Source: an uncultured Clostridia bacterium
GTDB lineage: Bacteria > Bacillota > Clostridia > Christensenellales > UBA1242
Length of the DNA stretch: 64,000 nt
NCBI GenBank assembly: GCA_949841045.1
Contig: CATKXS010000002.1
Coordinates: 30,246-94,245, forward strand
Direction: 5' to 3'
Notes under the pieces: model-generated
What the model saw: the letters and a program-made list of their open reading frames with translations, nothing else
Database searches by the model: none
Told to the model about the DNA's origin: nothing
In this document: piece by piece, positions 47,915 to 59,652 of the stretch
Numbering within the stretch: position 1 is the stretch's first letter
Layout: every line of letters starts with the position of its first letter
Position numbers and translations under genes: made by a program

Positions 47915-48649
47915 TTAATTACTTTGTTTATTTACTTTTTTTGTTTTCTTTGGTTTTTCGCCCTCTTTAGGCTCTTCTATACTTTCGGTAACAATCTCAT
48001 TATTAATTTGCTCAGTAGTCTCACTTGCCACTTCAGCTTTCACTTCATAGAAAACCTTTCTATTTCTTATAATATAACCTGCACCACTATAAATAGTGAG
48101 GAAAGTCGCGCCAATAAGAAGTAACATAAGAACAAATCTTATTATTGCAATAGGAGTCGTATTTAACATATTAGCAACAAGGTCTGTTTCAACAAATGCA
48201 AAAACCATATATAGGAATACAACAATGTATTGAACTGTTGCCTTAACTTTTCCACCCATGTCTGCCGCAAGGATAACTCCTTTTGAAGCTGCAAGTTGTC
48301 TGAGTGCAGAAATAGCAAACTCTCTAGCAAGAATAATAATAATGCAAATCACACCAAGCCAAGATGGGTAAACAACTGGAGTGCTTCCTGTAACTGGTAC
48401 TGCAATAATCAATATTAGAGCAGTCATAATCAGCATTTTATCTGCTATTGTATCAAAAAATTTCCCAAGCGTTGTAACTTTATTTTGCTTTCTTGCAAGG
48501 TATCCATCTAGGAAATCTGTAAGACAAGCAATAATGAAAAGTAACGCCGCAACAAGTCTAGCATAAGGGATAAAATCTGCTAGATAAAAGAACACTACAA
48601 GCGGAATCATCAAAATTCTTATGAGTGTAATTGTATTAGGTGTGTTCAT
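47915..48649 (-). CDS. pgsA: CDP-diacylglycerol--glycerol-3-phosphate 3-phosphatidyltransferase with a charged C-terminal extension
   Basis: [12 protein letters not shown] and the [10 protein letters not shown]...[13 protein letters not shown]-alcohol phosphatidyltransferase motif. About 50 extra Glu/Lys-rich residues at the C-terminus. Confidence 0.9.
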   Translation of the reverse strand: MNTPNTITLIRILMIPLVVFFYLADFIPYARLVAALLFIIACLTDFLDGYLARKQNKVTTLGKFFDTIADKMLIMTALILIIAVPVTGSTPVVYPSWLGVICIIIILAREFAISALRQLAASKGVILAADMGGKVKATVQYIVVFLYMVFAFVETDLVANMLNTTPIAIIRFVLMLLLIGATFLTIYSGAGYIIRNRKVFYEVKAEVASETTEQINNEIVTESIEEPKEGEKPKKTKKVNKQSN

Positions 48650-49971
48650 ACTTCCTCTCCTTTATAATCACTACCGTCAAAATCGTAAATTTTAACTTTT
48701 ACAAAATCGCCGAGCTTTTTTACATTACCATTATCCACAAATCGCACCCCAAAGTCAACCATTGGAGAAAGTTTTTCGCTGTGAGCACAATATTCACCAC
48801 TCGTCTCGTCAAAATAATCGACAAGAACTTCTATTTCCTCGCCTATCATGGCTTTGGCTTTTTTGGTCATAACTCTTTCTTGAACACGTAAAATCCTTTT
48901 GAGTCTTGACTTTTTCTTGAAATTTGGCACTTGATTTTTCATATAGAAGCTTGCAGTATTTGGTTCTCTTGAATAACTGAAAAATCCAGCATAATCAAAA
49001 TAGCCTTTTCCAATAAACTGGCATAGTTTTAAAAATTTTGCCCCCGTTTCACCAGGATAACCAACAATAAAAGTTGACCTAACTGCAATTTCTGGATAAT
49101 TTTCTGTAATCTTTTGCATAAGCGCGCGACTATTTTCTTCGTCAACTCTTCTTCTCATAGATTTAAGAAGACCATCATCAATATGCTGAAGAGGAATATC
49201 AATATAGTTGCACATCTTTTTATTTTTAGTTATGTAAGAAAGGAGCTGGTCACTCACCTTCTCAGGATAAGCATAGTGAAGTCTTATCCATTTTATACCC
49301 TCAATCTTTGAAAGCTTATCGCAAAGTTTTATCAAACAGTTTTCGCCATATAAATCTTCACCATAGCGAGTTGTATCTTGAGCGACCAATATAAGCTCTT
49401 TGACGCCTCTCTCTGCTAAATTCTTAGCTTCGTTTACAAGGTCGCCTATAGGATAACTTACATATCGCCCGCGAATGCGAGGTATTGTACAATAAGAACA
49501 TGCGTTATTGCAACCATCCGCAATCTTTAAATAAGCATAACTTGGACTATTAGTCAAAATTCTTTCATAGTTTTTGATTGGCTTCGCATGTGCTACGCCA
49601 TATAAAGCCTCAATTGTTTCGCAAATTTTTTCATTTTCTCTAATTCTTAAAAAAGCATCGACAGCTGGAAAGTTTTCTTTTAAGTCTTTATAATTTCGCT
49701 CTGGAAAACAACCTGTTACAACAATTTTTTCAATTAAGCCTAAGCTTTTTAATCGTTCAACTTCAATTATATTTGCTATTGCCTCTTTTTGCGCAGATTC
49801 AATAAATGCACAAGTGTTTACAATAACTATATCCGAAGTCTCAACTTCTTCTGAAATACCAAAGCCATAGGCTTTTAGTCGTCCCAGCATATTTTCAAGG
49901 TCGACTTTATTTTTGTCGCAACCCAAACTTATAGCTGAAACGACCTTTTTTGTAAGTTCTTCTTTAGTCAT
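48646..49971 (-). CDS. rimO: ribosomal protein S12 methylthiotransferase RimO
   Basis: UPF0004 domain, the radical SAM cluster CNNACSYCTIPRIRG, and a C-terminal TRAM domain (IGEEIEVLVD...VKVKIYDF). Sits in the ftsK-rimO-pgsA-recA synteny. Start chosen at 49971 after GGAG. Confidence 0.88.
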   Translation of the reverse strand: MTKEELTKKVVSAISLGCDKNKVDLENMLGRLKAYGFGISEEVETSDIVIVNTCAFIESAQKEAIANIIEVERLKSLGLIEKIVVTGCFPERNYKDLKENFPAVDAFLRIRENEKICETIEALYGVAHAKPIKNYERILTNSPSYAYLKIADGCNNACSYCTIPRIRGRYVSYPIGDLVNEAKNLAERGVKELILVAQDTTRYGEDLYGENCLIKLCDKLSKIEGIKWIRLHYAYPEKVSDQLLSYITKNKKMCNYIDIPLQHIDDGLLKSMRRRVDEENSRALMQKITENYPEIAVRSTFIVGYPGETGAKFLKLCQFIGKGYFDYAGFFSYSREPNTASFYMKNQVPNFKKKSRLKRILRVQERVMTKKAKAMIGEEIEVLVDYFDETSGEYCAHSEKLSPMVDFGVRFVDNGNVKKLGDFVKVKIYDFDGSDYKGEEV

Positions 49972-52900
49972 AAATATCTCCAAATATTGAGTAGAATTCT
50001 TCTATAGAAATGTAAACAGACCTTTGTTTTGAACCCTCAGCGCTTGAAATATAACCGCGTTCTTCCATTTGGTCAACAATACGTGCAGCACGAGGATAAC
50101 CTATTGATAGTTTACGTTGAACCATTGTGGTTGAAGCAACGCCGTTATCAATGCATATTTTAAGTGCTTGAGGAAGAAGTGGGTCGGTGCTATTGTTGTC
50201 ATTCCCATTGTTTCCACCCGTTGCTTTACCTGGATTATTGATAGCATTAAATGCTTCTTCATCAAAGATTTCTTCATTGTTTTCAATGATATAGCCAACA
50301 ACGTCTTTTGTTTCTTTTGTTTCAATAAGACAGCCTTGCAGACGCTGTGGGTCAGAGTCAAGAGGTTTATAAAGCATATCACCATAGCCGAGCAATTTCT
50401 CTGCACCAGGCGAGCCCATAATAACTTCACTATCAACTCTACCAGCAACACGGAATGCAATACGAGCTGGCAAGTTACTTTTTAAAGTACCTGTTACAAC
50501 GTCAGTAGAAGGTCTTTGAGTAGCAAGAATAAGGTGAATACCTGCAGCTCTTGCTTTTGCAGTAATTCTACGAACTTTATCATCAATCTCATTTTTTGCA
50601 ACCATCATGAAATCTGCAAACTCGTCAAAGATGATGACAATATAAGGCATTTTCTTAACTTTATTTGTAAGAACTTTTTCAGTTTGGTTGTATTCGTCTA
50701 TATTACGTACGCGTTCTTCAGAAATAAGCCTAAATCTTCTTTCCATTTCATCAACTGCCCATTGAAGAGCATTAACTGCCTTTTCAGGTTCAGTAATAAC
50801 CTTTGGCACAACAAGATGAGGCAAACCTTCATACATGGCAAGTTCAACTTGTTTTGGGTCAATCATAATGAATTTAACATCATCTGGTGATGACTTATAT
50901 AAAAGTGAAATAATAATTGTGTTAATACATACACTCTTACCAGAACCAGTAGTTCCCGCAATAAGAAGGTGTGGCATTTTCTGCAAGTTGCAGACTTTTA
51001 CATTACCAGTAATATCTTTACCAAGTGCAAATGTAAGTGGCGATGGGCTTAACTTAAATTCTTTTGATTCAAGTATATCTTTTACACTAACCTTTGCTAC
51101 TTTAGTGTTTGGCACTTCTATACCGACCATACTACGTCCTGGAATAGGCGCTTCAATACGAATTTGACCTTTAGCAGAAAGAGTATAAGCAATATCAGCG
51201 TCAAGTGAAAGGATTTTCTTGACTGAAATACCTTCTGGCATTTCAACTTCGTAACGAGTAACAGTAGGTCCTACAATAACATTTTGAACTTTTGCAGGTA
51301 CGCCAAATTTCTCAAGAACATTTTCAAGCGCTACCCTCTTAAGTGGCATATCTTGGTTGAAAGTTGCGGGGTCATCAGAAACAGTTGTAAGAAGGTCAAG
51401 AGAAGGACGTTTATATTTATAAGGTTTGATTTTCTCCTCTTTCTTAGGCTCGTCATCAAGACTTACAAAACGTTTGCGCTTCTCCATTTCATCCATAGGC
51501 TTTTCTCTGGTAAATGCAGAAGGTCTATTAAGTTCTTCTCTATTCGAACTTCTGTCAAAATCTCTGTCTCTTCCAAGCCTGTCACGCGAGAAGTTTGTCT
51601 CTTCTCTCCTAACAATTTCTTCTTTCTTTTCTTCCGCTTCATCATCGAAGTCTTCAGCAAAGAAATCGCTTCTTTGAAGTGGGCGAGAAATTTCATCTTG
51701 AGTATTCTCTATATTTTCTTCTTCGATAAAACTATTTCTTCGGTCTTCTCTCAATAAACTGTCGCGACTCATTTCACGTGAAAAGCTGTCTCTTGAAATC
51801 TCTGGCGTGCGCTCCTCTTCCTCATTCGCATCAGCCTCTTCAAAATTAATAAATTCTTTAACTTCTTCTGGTTCTTCTATAAAGCTTTCTTGAACTTCTT
51901 GTTCTCTTTCTATTTTTTCTTGCATTACAACAGAGCGGATAATATCTTCTGCTTCGTTTGTAATTTCTTCTGGTTTAACATCAGGAAGATTGCTTTGTTT
52001 AACAGGCTCTACAACTGGAGCTGGTTCACTAATTTGAGGTCTTATCACCTCTTCAGCTTTAACCTCTTCGATATTTCTTGAAACTTCATTGTTCACAGAA
52101 AAGCTATTTTGAGGCTCTTCCACAGGCTTTCGAGAAAACTCATTTGAATTTCTTTGCACATAAAGATTATTCATTCTAGATTGCTGTTCTTTAAATTTAT
52201 CCATATCAACTCTAGGTGGTGATAAAAGATATTCTCTCATTGACATACCGCTAGGAAGCTTATCTTCAGCTGGCTTATCTTCTGGAAGTTTAACCTCTTG
52301 TGGACGATAAGGTTGTCCAACCTTTTGTTTATATCCGCCAACAAGGCCAAGTTTTTCGCGAGCTGTAAGTTCGCGTTTTTCTTCCTCTTCAACGTTTGCG
52401 TTATACATAACATTGACTTCCTCTCTTGTTCTTGCAATCTTTGGATTAGAGTCAACAGCATTTTCTCTTGGATTGATAGGCTTTTCTTTAACTTCTTCTT
52501 TGATTTGAAGTTTGATTGGTTTTTCAGCCTTTGTTGTCTTTTTTAGAGAAACAACAGCTTCTACAAAGAATGCAAGGCAAACAGCAAAAGCAATTGATAA
52601 AAGAATATATGTTGCAGGAAGTCCCATAAGAGCAGCCATGCTTGCTGGAATAAATCCAATAATCATACCACCTGCAGTGATTTGTTTTGTATAGTTAAGC
52701 GCAAGGTATTTTCCATAAGAAAGACTACCAGGCCCGCCAATGATAATAAGCTGAATTATGCACAAAAAGAAATATAAACTAAGAGCTAAAAATATTGCAT
52801 AACGTTTAGGCATAACATAACGTTTTTCATTCAAAATGGCAAGTGCTACCAAAAAGCCTACAATAGTAAGTGGATAAACAAAGATACCAAATGTACCTAA

Positions 52901-53047
52901 AAAGAAATATTGTAAGAAAGGTATAAGCCTTGTTGCTGAAAATAGGAAAATAAAGGTGCAAAGTGCAATTATCACCCACCCCAATATCAATTTTATATTT
53001 TTAGAAGTTTTCTTTTTTTTCTTCTTTGAAACTTGAAATGTAGCCAT
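49964..53047 (-). CDS. ftsK: DNA translocase FtsK/SpoIIIE
   Basis: N-terminal TM segments, a long acidic low-complexity linker, the motor domain with GTTGSGKSV and IVIIFDEFADF, and the C-terminal gamma winged helix (LSIGYPRAARIVDQMEERG). 1027 aa. Confidence 0.96.
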   Translation of the reverse strand: MATFQVSKKKKKKTSKNIKLILGWVIIALCTFIFLFSATRLIPFLQYFFLGTFGIFVYPLTIVGFLVALAILNEKRYVMPKRYAIFLALSLYFFLCIIQLIIIGGPGSLSYGKYLALNYTKQITAGGMIIGFIPASMAALMGLPATYILLSIAFAVCLAFFVEAVVSLKKTTKAEKPIKLQIKEEVKEKPINPRENAVDSNPKIARTREEVNVMYNANVEEEEKRELTAREKLGLVGGYKQKVGQPYRPQEVKLPEDKPAEDKLPSGMSMREYLLSPPRVDMDKFKEQQSRMNNLYVQRNSNEFSRKPVEEPQNSFSVNNEVSRNIEEVKAEEVIRPQISEPAPVVEPVKQSNLPDVKPEEITNEAEDIIRSVVMQEKIEREQEVQESFIEEPEEVKEFINFEEADANEEEERTPEISRDSFSREMSRDSLLREDRRNSFIEEENIENTQDEISRPLQRSDFFAEDFDDEAEEKKEEIVRREETNFSRDRLGRDRDFDRSSNREELNRPSAFTREKPMDEMEKRKRFVSLDDEPKKEEKIKPYKYKRPSLDLLTTVSDDPATFNQDMPLKRVALENVLEKFGVPAKVQNVIVGPTVTRYEVEMPEGISVKKILSLDADIAYTLSAKGQIRIEAPIPGRSMVGIEVPNTKVAKVSVKDILESKEFKLSPSPLTFALGKDITGNVKVCNLQKMPHLLIAGTTGSGKSVCINTIIISLLYKSSPDDVKFIMIDPKQVELAMYEGLPHLVVPKVITEPEKAVNALQWAVDEMERRFRLISEERVRNIDEYNQTEKVLTNKVKKMPYIVIIFDEFADFMMVAKNEIDDKVRRITAKARAAGIHLILATQRPSTDVVTGTLKSNLPARIAFRVAGRVDSEVIMGSPGAEKLLGYGDMLYKPLDSDPQRLQGCLIETKETKDVVGYIIENNEEIFDEEAFNAINNPGKATGGNNGNDNNSTDPLLPQALKICIDNGVASTTMVQRKLSIGYPRAARIVDQMEERGYISSAEGSKQRSVYISIEEFYSIFGDIYD

Positions 53048-53220
53048 ACAATCCTCTTTTAATTAGTCTCTTTTCTATTGTAGCATAAATAAAAAATATT
53101 CTCAAGTAACTTATGAAAATTTTGAGAATATTTTTGTCTAAAATTATACCTACCAAAAATCGCTGTTATTAGCGAAAAATCACATATTTTATTACCGTTT
53201 ACTTTTGATTTAAGACATAA

Positions 53221-53952
53221 TTAACTTATAACGCCAGCAATTGTATCATTTACTGTTGTCACAACAAGCCCCTTTTCTTTTAATGTAGCAAGAATATTAG
53301 GAAGTGCTTTAACAGTACACTCTGTTGGGTGCATTAAAACAAGGTCTCCACCGCTTGCGTTTTTAACTGCTCTCTTATAAATAAGGTCTGCATCTTTATC
53401 ACGCCAATCAATTGTATCCCTCGTCCACATAATTGTCTTATATCCAAGCGAGGTCGCGCCTTGAACTGTGGATTTATTATAAGCACCACTAGGCGGAGCA
53501 AATAAATTCATGTCTATTCCTAACAATTCCTTTACAATTTTATGCGTATTTTTAATTTGATTTAAATTTTCTTGTTCGCTTATCTTATCATGGTCTTTGT
53601 GATGATAACCATGATTTGCAAGTTCGTGTCCTTCATCGTTTATCTTTTTGAGGTAGTTTTCATTCATAACAGCCCATGTGCCACCAACAAAGAATGTTGT
53701 TTTAACCTCATTTTCCTTTAAAATCGCTAAAATATCCTCTAAATACTCAGTACCCCAGTAAACATTAATCATAAGGGATATTTTATTGCTACTTTTATCA
53801 CCATTATAATAAACACCTGATGTAGTAGAAGTTGAAACCGCATTCACGCCTGCAAAAACAGCAAAAGAAGCGACCACCGCCAGCATCAATGCAATGCACA
53901 AATTTACTGCAACTTTATTAAATTTTATAACCTTAAAATGTATTTTTTTCAT
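53221..53952 (-). CDS. polysaccharide deacetylase (NodB homology domain), PdaB-like
   Basis: Signal/anchor sequence, KTTFFVGGTW, GHELANHGYHH and DTIDWR motifs. 243 aa. Confidence 0.75.
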   Translation of the reverse strand: MKKIHFKVIKFNKVAVNLCIALMLAVVASFAVFAGVNAVSTSTTSGVYYNGDKSSNKISLMINVYWGTEYLEDILAILKENEVKTTFFVGGTWAVMNENYLKKINDEGHELANHGYHHKDHDKISEQENLNQIKNTHKIVKELLGIDMNLFAPPSGAYNKSTVQGATSLGYKTIMWTRDTIDWRDKDADLIYKRAVKNASGGDLVLMHPTECTVKALPNILATLKEKGLVVTTVNDTIAGVIS

Positions 53953-54127
53953 AGTACAAGTTATGATTTATATAAAATTTTTAGAACAATAATTTAAAAA
54001 ACAACATAATATCTTTATGATTAAATTTCTCATAATGATAAAAATGCCCTGATGTGGAACGAACCATATTTAGGATTGAATCTCGCCTTACGACTATCGG
54101 TCAAGCATTTAGTTGCGCAAAAGGATA

Positions 54128-54228
54128 AAAATACATATATACGAAGTGAACAAAACGCGGATAACCCATGGAACAGATGGGGTAAAATCTTTAAAATACA
54201 TCAAACGAAGTGAACAAAACGCGGATAA
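54128..54228. repeat. two tandem copies of a ~37-nt repeat (AAAATACAT..ACGAAGTGAACAAAACGCGGATAA), period about 65 nt
   Basis: Copy 1 is 54128-54164 and copy 2 is 54193-54228. The 24-nt core ACGAAGTGAACAAAACGCGGATAA is identical at 54141-54164 and 54205-54228. Confidence 0.85.
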
Positions 54229-54233
54229 TCCGC

Positions 54234-54268
54234 AAAAAAAGACTAGGAATAAATCCTAGTCTTTTTTT
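54234..54268. terminator. bidirectional intrinsic terminator downstream of the 16S rRNA gene
   Basis: A7, stem GACTAGGA (54241-54248) pairing with TCCTAGTC (54254-54261), then T7. Confidence 0.8.
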
Positions 54269-54450
54269 ATCAATTAAATAGTAAATATTTTTTTAAAGTT
54301 TTGAGCGGTGGCAAACTTAGTTTGCATCACTATCGTAAGCTTTCTTTCGTTCACTTACCTCGCTCTGTTCCTAAATTCGCACTTGTACTTGTTAGGTCTT
54401 TCTCCTAACCTTACTTCAGTTCTCACTGTCGACTTAAGTCTTTCTCTTTA

Positions 54451-55977
<1,527 letters not shown>

Positions 55978-56284
55978 TACTGGGGAGGCAACAAACTCGT
56001 TTACGCTGACACGCTCTTTCAGAGCTAACAGCTACTCGTTCGTTTCCCCGTCCCAATCTCCCTTCACTTAAGGACCCCTATGGGGTGATTAAATGAAAGC
56101 TATATTTAAACCAAATAATTTGGTTCGTGGGTTTGATATTTTCCACGCTAATTACACTTTAGCGCTTCGGCTCAATAACTTTAAGTAAATTGACTTTATA
56201 TAGATTTGTGTTCTATTTCAATTCTTGTACATACTTACTATTTAATTATCATTGTTCGGTTAACCCGTCCGAGTTAACTTTTAT

Positions 56285-56314
56285 ATATTACCATATTCAC
56301 TATCTCATTGTCAA
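56285..56314 (-). promoter_or_regulatory. candidate rRNA promoter (TTGACA-18-TAATAT)
   Basis: On the minus strand, TTGACA (rc of 56309-56314) and TAATAT (rc of 56285-56290), about 310 nt upstream of the mature 16S 5' end. Confidence 0.5.
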
Positions 56315-56502
56315 CACTTTTTTAAAACTTTTTTGCTTTTTTTGAAGTTTTTTCTTCTTTCTCACGACACTCCCTCACCCGTTGCAATAACAAATTCTTC
56401 AAATTTAAAAAAGCATATCATCAGATATGCTCAATATACAAAAAATTTTGCTATCGTTGGATTCCAACATTATACAATTTCATCACCTACAAAAAGATTG
56501 AA

Positions 56503-56925
56503 TTAGTTGATATATCCACTTTTAGAAATTAATTTTATTGCCTTTTCTACAAAATTTTTACCATAAAGATTGACTGTTTCAATATCTTCTAGTTTTAATA
56601 AGCGTGGTTCATAATAGTTTTCTTGACTATTGCGTTCAAGTTCCTCACCGCCTAGTTTTGGTGTTCCACTCAAAATTTCACAATAAAAATAGTTTGCTTC
56701 GCCCATTTTGTCTGCTTCATTGCCTAAAAATGAAACAACTTTTATATCAATAGACATTTCCTCTTTAAGCTCTCTCGTTACCGCTTCTTCAAGGGTTTCT
56801 CCGTCATCCTGACCACCACCTGGAATAACATAATATTCTGCCAATTCACCATTATTGAGTTTTCGGCGAAACATTGTTAAAAGTTTGCCTTCTTGAAATA
56901 TAATCGCCCTTGCACTAACTCTCAT
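56503..56925 (-). CDS. NUDIX hydrolase
   Basis: Nudix box GGGQDDGETLEEAVTRELKEEMSI (GX5EX7REUXEEXGU). 140 aa. Confidence 0.85.
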   Translation of the reverse strand: MRVSARAIIFQEGKLLTMFRRKLNNGELAEYYVIPGGGQDDGETLEEAVTRELKEEMSIDIKVVSFLGNEADKMGEANYFYCEILSGTPKLGGEELERNSQENYYEPRLLKLEDIETVNLYGKNFVEKAIKLISKSGYIN

Positions 56926-56936
56926 AAATTTCCCTT

Positions 56937-58004
56937 TTAAAGTTCATTTTCGTCTTTATCTTTAAAGTTAATATAATTATTAAATGTAGACAATCTTGAC
57001 GAAGCCTCATGCATTGTAATTGTAGTAGAGAATAAATCAATAGACTTTAAAATATCAGATTCAGGCGAAATTTCTTTTAATGTTTTTGAAATAAAAACAT
57101 AGAAATTGATAATATCTTTTATTGAAAGCTTTTTCTCTCTAGACGAAATATCTGAAATATAACTTAAAGCTTCTTCATTAAATATTCTAACAGCAATATC
57201 AGTTGAATAAATATCATTTTTGTAAGTCTGAACATGAGATATTTTATCCAAATTTTCATTAGCTTTTGTATATGTTCTAAGAACAAAAAGAGTTTTCATA
57301 ATCATGCACAATGCTTTATTAAGCGAATAAGCTTTAAGCATTGCCGAATCAAAATCAACCATTTCACGTTTTGCCAACTTATCATCTGCCTTATAAGCCA
57401 AAGGGTCTTCCTGTAAAGTAGCTTGATAAAGCTTAACAAACAAATTACTATATGGAGAATATTTATCAAATTTACTCAAAGTATTCACTGTACGCAATGC
57501 GCTATTAACTTTTTGCTCAACAAACTCTCTTTCGTAATAACCTTCATTTAATTTATTAGCATATACTAAATTGTCAAACAAAATGTATTTTTTCACTTCT
57601 TCTAGGTTTGCACCTCTCTGAGATAACGAATTAAGTTCATTATTTAAAAGCCTAGAATATTCTGCTTTATTTTCCTCAAAAGCTTTTGAAGTTGAAACAA
57701 AACGAAGTTCATTTGCAAGATTGTAAATTTCAATAGGATTATAAAGAATATATTCTTCTCTTGGAAATTCATTTGATTTTATTTTAGATATTTTTTTCTC
57801 TACTTTTTCAGCAAGATTTCCACCTACAATGAAGTTGCCTTCTCCTAAAATTGCTTGTTTATAATTGTTTATGATAAATTTATCACTTGCTCCATCAGAA
57901 ATAAGAGTATTCAAATTAAAGGACTCTTTCGTTTTTGAATTTTCTAAATTATGCATTATAATATCTATTGCAAATGTTTCTGGATAACAACTCATTCCTT
58001 TCAT
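56937..58004 (-). CDS. hypothetical protein (355 aa)
   Basis: ORF track. Predicted largely helical. Lies 29 nt downstream of cmk on the same strand. No recognised motif. Confidence 0.55.
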   Translation of the reverse strand: MKGMSCYPETFAIDIIMHNLENSKTKESFNLNTLISDGASDKFIINNYKQAILGEGNFIVGGNLAEKVEKKISKIKSNEFPREEYILYNPIEIYNLANELRFVSTSKAFEENKAEYSRLLNNELNSLSQRGANLEEVKKYILFDNLVYANKLNEGYYEREFVEQKVNSALRTVNTLSKFDKYSPYSNLFVKLYQATLQEDPLAYKADDKLAKREMVDFDSAMLKAYSLNKALCMIMKTLFVLRTYTKANENLDKISHVQTYKNDIYSTDIAVRIFNEEALSYISDISSREKKLSIKDIINFYVFISKTLKEISPESDILKSIDLFSTTITMHEASSRLSTFNNYINFKDKDENEL

Positions 58005-58033
58005 AAAACACCTCTTAAGTTAATTATAGTATA

Positions 58034-58702
58034 TTATCTATTATTTTTCAAGCCTAAATTTATATAATTGTAACATTTTTCAACAGTTTCTTCAATTGTA
58101 AGTTCGCTATTATCAATAATTATAGCATCTTTTGCTGGTTTTAATGGAGCCACTTTTCGATGTTCGTCAGAATAATCTCTCTTGATTAAATCTTCAAGCA
58201 CCATTTGAAAATCAATATCAGCCATTTGTGCATGCCTTCTTTTTGCGCGAACTTTCACATCGGCGGTTATAAAAAATTTATAATTTGCATTTGGCAAAAC
58301 CTCGCTGCCGATGTCTCGCCCTTCCATAACACAATCATTTAAATTTGCAAACTGTCTTTGAATAGAATTGACCTTTTCACGAAGTTGAGGAAATGGTGAT
58401 ATTTGAGATGCTAAAAGAGAAATCTCTTCCTCTCTTAAAAATTTTGTATAAACCTTATCGTTTACATATACAATTTGATTGTCATCTTCAAATTCAACTT
58501 TAACCTTTAAATTTTCAATCAATTTATTTATATTTTTTTCGTTTACTTCAAAATCAAACATTTCACGATAATGACAAGCAATAGCCCTATAAATTTCTCC
58601 TGTATTAAAAAGCTTTAGATTTAACTTTTTTGCAAGAAGTTTTGCCAAAATACTCTTTCCACTACTCGCGTGCCCATCAATTGCAATATTTAACATATTC
58701 AC
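58034..58702 (-). CDS. cmk: (d)CMP kinase
   Basis: IAIDGHASSGKSILAKLLAKKLNL..FNTGEIYR and MEGRDIGSEV motifs. 222 aa. Confidence 0.9.
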   Translation of the reverse strand: MNMLNIAIDGHASSGKSILAKLLAKKLNLKLFNTGEIYRAIACHYREMFDFEVNEKNINKLIENLKVKVEFEDDNQIVYVNDKVYTKFLREEEISLLASQISPFPQLREKVNSIQRQFANLNDCVMEGRDIGSEVLPNANYKFFITADVKVRAKRRHAQMADIDFQMVLEDLIKRDYSDEHRKVAPLKPAKDAIIIDNSELTIEETVEKCYNYINLGLKNNR

Positions 58703-58789
58703 CTCACTATCATTATAGTCTAATTATAAAAATTTAACAAATGTAATTTAATAGTTTACAAAATTATAAATATTATATATAATTCGAGT

Positions 58790-59269
58790 ATGAGTAATGA
58801 AATTTTTAAAAGTTTTGAACCTGTCATATTTGAAAATAGCGAAATATTAATTCTTGGAACATTTCCTTCTATAAAATCAAGAGAAAACAATTTTTATTAT
58901 GGTCACCCAAGAAATCAATTTTGGTGGGCGTTAGCTCAAATTTTTGGCGAAAACAAACCTTTAACCATTAATGACAAGATTGAATTATGTCGAAAACACC
59001 AAATTGCATTGTGGGACGTTTACTGCCAAAGCGATTTAAAAGGTTCGAGCGACCTTGCGCTCGAAAAATCAAATTTTGTCTTAAGTGACATTTATGGATT
59101 ACTAGATAGATATAAAAATATTAAAAAAGTGCTTTGTAATGGATTACTCGCATACAAAACACTAAATAAATTTTTCGATTTAAGCCTTCCTGTGATTAAA
59201 CTTCCTTCTACAAGTCCAGCAAATACAAAGTTCGATTTTGAAGAATGGAAAGAAAATATATTAAATTAG
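58790..59269 (+). CDS. DNA-deoxyinosine (hypoxanthine) glycosylase, UDG superfamily
   Basis: ILILGTFPSIKSRENNFYYGHPRNQFWWALAQIF and LPSTSPAN match the small HDG-type UDG family pattern. 159 aa. Confidence 0.65.
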   Translation: MSNEIFKSFEPVIFENSEILILGTFPSIKSRENNFYYGHPRNQFWWALAQIFGENKPLTINDKIELCRKHQIALWDVYCQSDLKGSSDLALEKSNFVLSDIYGLLDRYKNIKKVLCNGLLAYKTLNKFFDLSLPVIKLPSTSPANTKFDFEEWKENILN

Positions 59270-59652
59270 TTTTCAAACAAAGAAACAAAAATTTCTTTAG
59301 TTGTATTTATCGCTTTATATAAATTGTTGAGCGATATTTTTTTAATATTTTCGTCTTCAAGTGAAGCTATAAAAGAGCCAACACAGACTGAAATTTCATT
59401 GAGTGACTTAATCAGCTCAAAATTATTTGGATAATCATAATCATTTGTTTCACTCTTGTTTTCGCCCAGTTCATCCACCTCTTTAAAGGTGTCTTTTATA
59501 AGAGCACGAATTAAAACCTGCCCTTCTTTGCTAAATTTTTGGCAATCTTCAACTTCCCCATCATTTAAAGCCATCTCGCTTTTAATAAATGCTTTGCAAG
59601 CGTTTGAAGAAGCCTCTAAAAGTTCTGCAATAATATCAAGTTCATTTTCCAT
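59266..59652 (-). CDS. hypothetical acidic helical protein (128 aa)
   Basis: ORF track. Immediately downstream of the MscS-like gene. No motif recognised. Confidence 0.5.
   Translation of the reverse strand: MENELDIIAELLEASSNACKAFIKSEMALNDGEVEDCQKFSKEGQVLIRALIKDTFKEVDELGENKSETNDYDYPNNFELIKSLNEISVCVGSFIASLEDENIKKISLNNLYKAINTTKEIFVSLFEN

Noticed and set aside
54040-54135. tRNA-like or spacer-tRNA sequence downstream of the 16S gene (GGTTCGTTCC, GATTCAATCC strings)
   Set aside because: I could not build an acceptor stem or T arm around either string on either strand, and no anticodon arm.
54128-54228. Possible mini-CRISPR array (24-nt identical repeat with a ~38-nt spacer)
   Set aside because: There are only two copies. 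The similarity extends upstream, so the unit is a ~37-nt tandem duplication with a ~28-nt gap. There are no cas genes in the window, and the position is immediately beside an rRNA terminator. Kept as a plain tandem repeat.
54141-54228. DnaA boxes or an origin (the minus strand reads TTATCCGCG twice)
   Set aside because: Only 7 of 9 positions match TTATCCACA, there are just two copies, there is no dnaA/dnaN context, and there is no adjacent AT-rich unwinding element distinguishable from background.
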